Part shown: positions 39,554 to 43,388 of the stretch, piece after piece | How the letters are laid out: every line of letters begins with the position of its first letter | Position numbering within the stretch: position 1 is the first letter of the stretch | From: a virus | Lineage: Duplodnaviria > Heunggongvirae > Uroviricota > Caudoviricetes | Reading direction: 5' to 3' (one strand) | Length of the DNA: 43,388 nt | IMG/VR virus record: IMGVR_UViG_2698536418_000010 | Translations under genes and position numbers: made by a program | The notes under the pieces: model-generated | The model's database searches: none | What the model saw: the letters and a program-made list of their open reading frames with translations, nothing else | What the model was told of the DNA's origin: nothing

Positions 39554-39745
39554 ATGTTCGCGCTGGTACTTTTTGTTTGCTACCTGGATGGCGGTTGTGA
39601 AGATATTGTTGTGGATGTCTACAACACGGAACAGCAGTGTCTTTATTCTATGAGCGATCAACGGATCCGCCATGGCGGTTGTTTTCCGATTGAGGATTTT
39701 ATAGATGGTTTCTGGCGACCAGCACAGGAGTATGGTGATTTTTAA
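39554..39745 (+). CDS. YebW-like small protein (63 aa)
   Basis: MFALVLFVCYLDGGCEDIVVDVYNTEQQC…; matches my recollection of E. coli YebW next to pphA. Confidence 0.5.
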   Translation: MFALVLFVCYLDGGCEDIVVDVYNTEQQCLYSMSDQRIRHGGCFPIEDFIDGFWRPAQEYGDF

Positions 39746-40402
39746 TTATTGCAATTGCACAAGAGTCAGTTCGCCCCCAAAGACAGCACCGGTATCAATA
39801 TAATGCAGGTTGCCAATATCCACGCGATGTCGCAACGGTGTATGACCAAACCAGAAATGATCAGCACCTGTAATTCCCTGCCCTTTTTGGCGTTCACCTA
39901 ATCGCGAGCGGCTCCACAAGACCTGATGCAAATCAACGTCCTTTTGCCATTCATAAACATCATCTGGATAATCGGCATGAGCAATAACATGTTTGCCGGT
40001 ACGACTGTGTACTTCAAGAATAAAGGGCAAATGCTGACATTTTTCCAGCGCCGTTTTCGCTTGTTTCTGTTGATTATCTGCCAGCGCAATAAACCAGTCG
40101 CCGCCATTCATCAACCACAAAGACATCTGCTGGGATGCCAGCGCATCCATCGCCATCTGTTCATGATTGCCTCTTACCGCACGAACCCAATGTTGTTCCA
40201 GTAACTGCAGGCAACGTAAACTTTGCGGCCCACGATCGATAACGTCTCCCACTGAGATAAGTAAATCTCGCCACGGATCAAAACCACAATGCCATAATTT
40301 GCGGCGCAACTGCTCAAGACAACCGTGTATATCGCCAGAAAGCCAGATATGTCGCCATTGATGACCCGCAATTCTCTGATAAACGGGCGCAGGCTGTTTC
40401 AT
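39746..40402 (-). CDS. pphA: Ser/Thr protein phosphatase 1 (lambda-PPase family)
   Basis: Metallophosphatase motifs GDIHGC, GDVIDRG, GNHE; GGGAGG RBS; ATG at 40402 (track uses upstream TTG). Confidence 0.85.
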   Translation of the reverse strand: MKQPAPVYQRIAGHQWRHIWLSGDIHGCLEQLRRKLWHCGFDPWRDLLISVGDVIDRGPQSLRCLQLLEQHWVRAVRGNHEQMAMDALASQQMSLWLMNGGDWFIALADNQQKQAKTALEKCQHLPFILEVHSRTGKHVIAHADYPDDVYEWQKDVDLHQVLWSRSRLGERQKGQGITGADHFWFGHTPLRHRVDIGNLHYIDTGAVFGGELTLVQLQ

Positions 40403-40535
40403 CAATATTTTCCTCCCGCGCTAAAGATCACATAATCTTAACAAGAATGTTAAAAAACGCTGGACTCAGACAGTAGAGTGTGTGTTATGGTTGACTATAA
40501 AGTCAGCGAAGGAAATGCTTCTGGCTTTTAACAGA

Positions 40536-40561
40536 TAAAAAGAGACCGAACACGATTCCTG
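40536..40561 (-). repeat. Inverted copy of the sdsR terminator 3' half (att core-like; candidate attR)
   Basis: Minus strand reads aggaatcgtgttcggtctcttttt vs aggaatcgtattcggtcttttttt at 77-100. Confidence 0.5.
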
Positions 40562-40866
40562 TTTTCGTCAACAAACGACAAAATCCTTTAGAATTAATGT
40601 GTTAAATAAATTTATGCTCATCTTTTAATCCCTAACACATACCATTACATATTAATACATTCAATTAGTTACCATTTTTTTCGAGTTTTTTAGAGAAATT
40701 TTCGGGAATATTTCAGGTCAATCCATGCATACACAAGCAATTCCTGTATTGAATAATTCCGTAGCAATTATGTAAAATCACCTTCGGCTGATTTTCATTC
40801 AAACTCGCGCTATCGAACGTCCATCAGCCAGCCGTGGCACGTTCTTGCATACGACGTGCTGCGGTT

Positions 40867-41420
40867 TCATTTATCTCCGACCGGAAACTTCTTATACAAA
40901 GTCGATACGCCAACATCATAGATGATCTCCACATTCTGGCGATGAACTCCTGATGCAATTAGTCGCCCGGCCTGCGCCCATTGTTCTGATGAAAGTTCGG
41001 GACGGCGACCGCCAATTCGTCCCTGTGCGCGAGCAGCTTCCAGTCCAGCTTTTGTTCGTTCAACAATCAGTTCACGCTCCATTTCAGCCAGGGCACCCAT
41101 GACATGAAAAAAGAAACGGCCATTGGGGTGCTGGTATCAATACTGTCAGTCAGGCTTCGGAAATTCACGCCACGCTGACGCAACTCTTCTATCAGCGTAA
41201 CAAGATGCCGCATACTGCGCCCCAACCTGTCCAGCTTCCAGACAACCAGAGTGTCTCCTGCCGATAGTGTCCTGAGCAGTTTTTTAAGCCCCGGTCTGTC
41301 GGACTTAGTGCCACTGATTTTATCCTCAAAAACCCGCTCACATCCCGCGCAGTTCAGTGCATTACGTTGCAGATCGGTGTTCTGGTCATTTGTTGATACG
41401 CGTACATAGCCAATAAGCAT
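40867..41420 (-). pseudogene. Pin/Gin-family serine DNA invertase, frameshifted (1-nt loss in G-run near 41120)
   Basis: N-terminal 109 aa (MLIGYVRVSTNDQNTDLQ…SIDTSTPM) and C-terminal HTH part (MGALAEMERELIVERTKAGL…) are in different frames; window reads atggccgtttc where a functional pin would need atgggccgtttc. Confidence 0.8.
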
Positions 41421-41493
41421 GTTAAATCCCCTTGGTAAAAGCAGGAATGATGCCATTTGCTTGTTATTTCTGCATTTTCATAAACGTTGGTTT
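41414..41493. repeat. Left inverted repeat of invertible segment (pin start + pix site)
   Basis: 80 bp identical to reverse complement of 43309-43388. Confidence 0.85.
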
Positions 41494-41797
41494 AAGAGCA
41501 AGCGGGCAGTACACCGATAATTTGTTATTTACAGGTCCTGATGGTCTTAAGATTCAGGTGTTTCGCCGGACGCTCGCAAATTTGACTACTGTCGGTGTAG
41601 TAAATTCTGTGCCAGTGACTTTCCCTGTCCCGTTCCCTGTTAATTGCTGGGGCGTTTTTTCTACCAAATTAACATGGGTTCAGATAACTAACTCATGCGA
41701 GTGGGTAAGCAATACAGGATTTACCGCTCAGGTCATGATGAATATTGCTGTAAATACAAACACCTCAGACGCTATGTTTTTAGCTATAGGATATTAA
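41432..41797 (+). CDS. Tail-fibre variable C-terminal cassette Sv' (promoterless); first about 21 codons are read-through of the inverted repeat
   Basis: Open frame entering from the pix site; followed by tfa; N-terminus MVKAGMMPFACYFCIFINVGL is shared with the other cassette. Confidence 0.6.
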   Translation: MVKAGMMPFACYFCIFINVGLRASGQYTDNLLFTGPDGLKIQVFRRTLANLTTVGVVNSVPVTFPVPFPVNCWGVFSTKLTWVQITNSCEWVSNTGFTAQVMMNIAVNTNTSDAMFLAIGY

Positions 41798-41798
41798 T

Positions 41799-42239
41799 AT
41801 GAATCGTTTTGTGTTCAGTCCATCTGAGTCCCGTTTTTATGCCATCGAGTGGCAGGCTGATTATGTTGATAATAATTGTTGGCCACATGATGCCATTAAC
41901 GTTAGTGACAGCATTTATTATGAGTTTTCCGGCACTCCCCCTACAGGTAAGCAACTTATAACTTTAAATAACATGCCAGCATGGGGTGATATTCCTCCAC
42001 TTACACGAGAAGAATTAATTGTCGCTGCTGATGTGGAGAAGCAAAAAAGAATAGATTTAGCCAATGATTACATGAACGGTAAGCAATGGCCTGGTAAAGC
42101 AGCTATTGGTCGTCTGAAAGGTGAGGAACTGGCACAATATAATTTGTGGCTGGATTATCTGGGCGCACTGGAGCTGGTCGATACCGCCAGTGCGCCAGAT
42201 ATTGAATGGCCTACGCCTCCGGCAGTTCAGGCCAGATGA
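41799..42239 (+). CDS. Tail fibre assembly protein Tfa'
   Basis: 146 aa; C-terminal …APDIEWPTPPAV motif; starts 1 nt after Sv' stop. Confidence 0.8.
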   Translation: MNRFVFSPSESRFYAIEWQADYVDNNCWPHDAINVSDSIYYEFSGTPPTGKQLITLNNMPAWGDIPPLTREELIVAADVEKQKRIDLANDYMNGKQWPGKAAIGRLKGEELAQYNLWLDYLGALELVDTASAPDIEWPTPPAVQAR

Positions 42240-42813
42240 CATCCGGCGCGGTGCTGGTATCTGTTGCCGTCACCGCGTCAATGTAATCCAGCACAGTGTT
42301 AAGGCTGGTTGTTTCTGCCTGCGTCAGTTTACGTCCGGCCTGCAATTTCAGCTGAATCAGACTGATTGAAGCCATTGCAGTATCAATCAGTGACTGGCGC
42401 TGTGCTTCTGCTGCATCTACTGCGGCGCTATGCTGTGCTTCGGTATCCGTCACCCATTTCTCACCATCCCATTTATCGTATGGCGTTAACGGGGCGATAG
42501 TGGTTGTATTATCAGGGTAATCACCCGGAGCTGTGATTTCTTTTGATTCTCCTGTTTCGGTGCTAAAGACGATTTCACCGCGATGGTCTGGCACATATTC
42601 CCATGAGTTAAAATCTACAGATCGGCAGATTGCATAACCAGCTTTGTATGTGCCAGGGGCATCTAAACAGGAATATGCAGGGATACCGATACCAACGGCA
42701 AGATATTCAGTTGATGTGGAAATATATTCCCGTGTTTCGCCATCATAGTTATAGACGGTAATATTCCCCGCCTTTGTAGCAATAAACTCGCTATTTAATA
42801 CAGCGTTATCCAT
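42211..42813 (-). CDS. Tail fibre assembly protein Tfa
   Basis: 200 aa; C-terminal …APDVIWPELPEA; convergent with Tfa'. Confidence 0.8.
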   Translation of the reverse strand: MDNAVLNSEFIATKAGNITVYNYDGETREYISTSTEYLAVGIGIPAYSCLDAPGTYKAGYAICRSVDFNSWEYVPDHRGEIVFSTETGESKEITAPGDYPDNTTTIAPLTPYDKWDGEKWVTDTEAQHSAAVDAAEAQRQSLIDTAMASISLIQLKLQAGRKLTQAETTSLNTVLDYIDAVTATDTSTAPDVIWPELPEA

Positions 42814-43370
42814 TATGCAGCCCTCACGATATAGTTAAATGCAATATTCCGTGGACGGGTTTCATTTATCCCATATGCTGTTGTTCTCTGATTCCCGACA
42901 AAATATCCATTTGGATTAGAAGATACAGGATAATCATCAAAATCAAGTGGGCTATCAGCACCCGGCGTCAGGCTTGCAATATATCCTCTTCCCATAACTT
43001 CTGATGCTGGTATTTCTTTTGTACGATAATCACTAACTCTGAAGAGCTGCCCTTGGTGGGTGTGTGATTCCACTCCTCCATTCTGAAGACTTAGCAAGGC
43101 ACGTACAGCATCAATACCACGCCCGTCATCCCAGCCACGAATAAACTCACCACGTAAATCAGGCAATTTATTTGCCGGATAAGCCTTTGCCAGTTCCGGG
43201 TATTCTTCAGCAGAAAAAGCGGCACCGTTGCATTTCAGCCAGCCTGTTGGCGGAGTGGCTGAAGGCCACGGAACAGGCACCCCAACCGGTAATGCAGAGC
43301 CTTCTCCCAAACCAACGTTTATGAAAATGCAGAAATAACAAGCAAATGGCATCATTCCTGCTTTTACCAA
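42813..43370 (-). CDS. Tail-fibre variable C-terminal cassette Sv (full length; 5' part duplicated in the fibre gene at 39027-39321)
   Basis: Open frame entering from right pix site; contains the identical GEGSALPV…DYRT region then a 68-aa C-terminus. Confidence 0.65.
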   Translation of the reverse strand: MVKAGMMPFACYFCIFINVGLGEGSALPVGVPVPWPSATPPTGWLKCNGAAFSAEEYPELAKAYPANKLPDLRGEFIRGWDDGRGIDAVRALLSLQNGGVESHTHQGQLFRVSDYRTKEIPASEVMGRGYIASLTPGADSPLDFDDYPVSSNPNGYFVGNQRTTAYGINETRPRNIAFNYIVRAA

Positions 43371-43388
43371 GGGGATTTAACATGCTTA
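43309..43388. repeat. Right inverted repeat of invertible segment; contains start of a second pin gene on plus strand (ATG 43382)
   Basis: Reverse complement equals 41414-41493; atgctta at window edge equals the pin start ATG CTT A(TT). Confidence 0.8.

Larger units (their letters stand above)
41482..43320. other. Pin-type invertible tail-fibre segment (G/P-segment-like): Sv'-Tfa' (plus) and Tfa-Sv (minus) between inverted pix sites
   Basis: Convergent Sv/Tfa pairs flanked by 80-bp inverted repeats with pix-like cores; invertase gene adjacent. Confidence 0.7.
101..43388. mobile_element. Lambdoid prophage (Rac-like early region, Qin-like Q region, Mu-like contractile tail) with rearranged right end; extends beyond window
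   Basis: Integrase next to sRNA 3' end, full early/lysis/head/tail gene order, att-core copies at 75-100 and 40536-40561. Confidence 0.8.

Noticed and set aside
41432-41494. Shared N-terminus MVKAGMMPFACYFCIFINVGL of ORFs 41432-41797 and 42813-43370 as a real protein start
   Set aside because: It is encoded entirely within the 80-bp inverted repeat that carries the pin promoter/start on the other strand; it is read-through of the recombination site, and the true N-terminus would come from the constant fibre part after inversion.
1-43388. CRISPR arrays or insertion sequences
   Set aside because: No regularly spaced direct repeats and no transposase-like ORF; the only recombinases are the integrase and the Pin-type invertases.

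Overview
The window is an almost complete mosaic prophage plus a sliver of host DNA, annotated from sequence and memory only (no searches run). Positions 1-100 look like the sRNA gene sdsR/ryeB with its terminator; a lambda-type integrase and excisionase follow. The early region is Rac-like (ydaC, ralR, recT, recE, racC, ydaE, kilR), then a DicA/RacR-like repressor with a divergent Cro-like/YdaT-like pair, replication genes (O-like, DnaC-like ydaV) and a nin-like run of small ORFs. An AT-rich accessory island sits at 12.7-14.8 kb: a two-gene cassette on the minus strand (310-aa protein plus a small membrane protein) and a hok/sok-type toxin locus. Then come DUF1367, YbcO-like nuclease, antiterminator Q, an ORF6N protein, a lysis cassette (holin, lambda R-type endolysin, overlapped Rz/Rz1), terminase, and a Mu-like head and contractile-tail module ending in a tail-fibre gene. 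That fibre gene is abruptly disrupted at about 39321 and is followed by host-like genes (yebV-like fragment, YebW-like, pphA), an inverted att-core copy, a frameshifted pin invertase gene and a Pin-type invertible tail-fibre segment. The best candidate for an undescribed system is the AT-rich cassette at 12721-14205, a likely abortive-infection or exclusion module with RexA/RexB-like architecture but no sequence similarity I can confirm. The second notable structure is a rearranged three-site pix inversion locus at 39.0-43.4 kb. Other points: a low-GC lipoprotein moron in the baseplate module, a -1 frameshift site in the tail chaperone, and duplicated module-boundary repeats.
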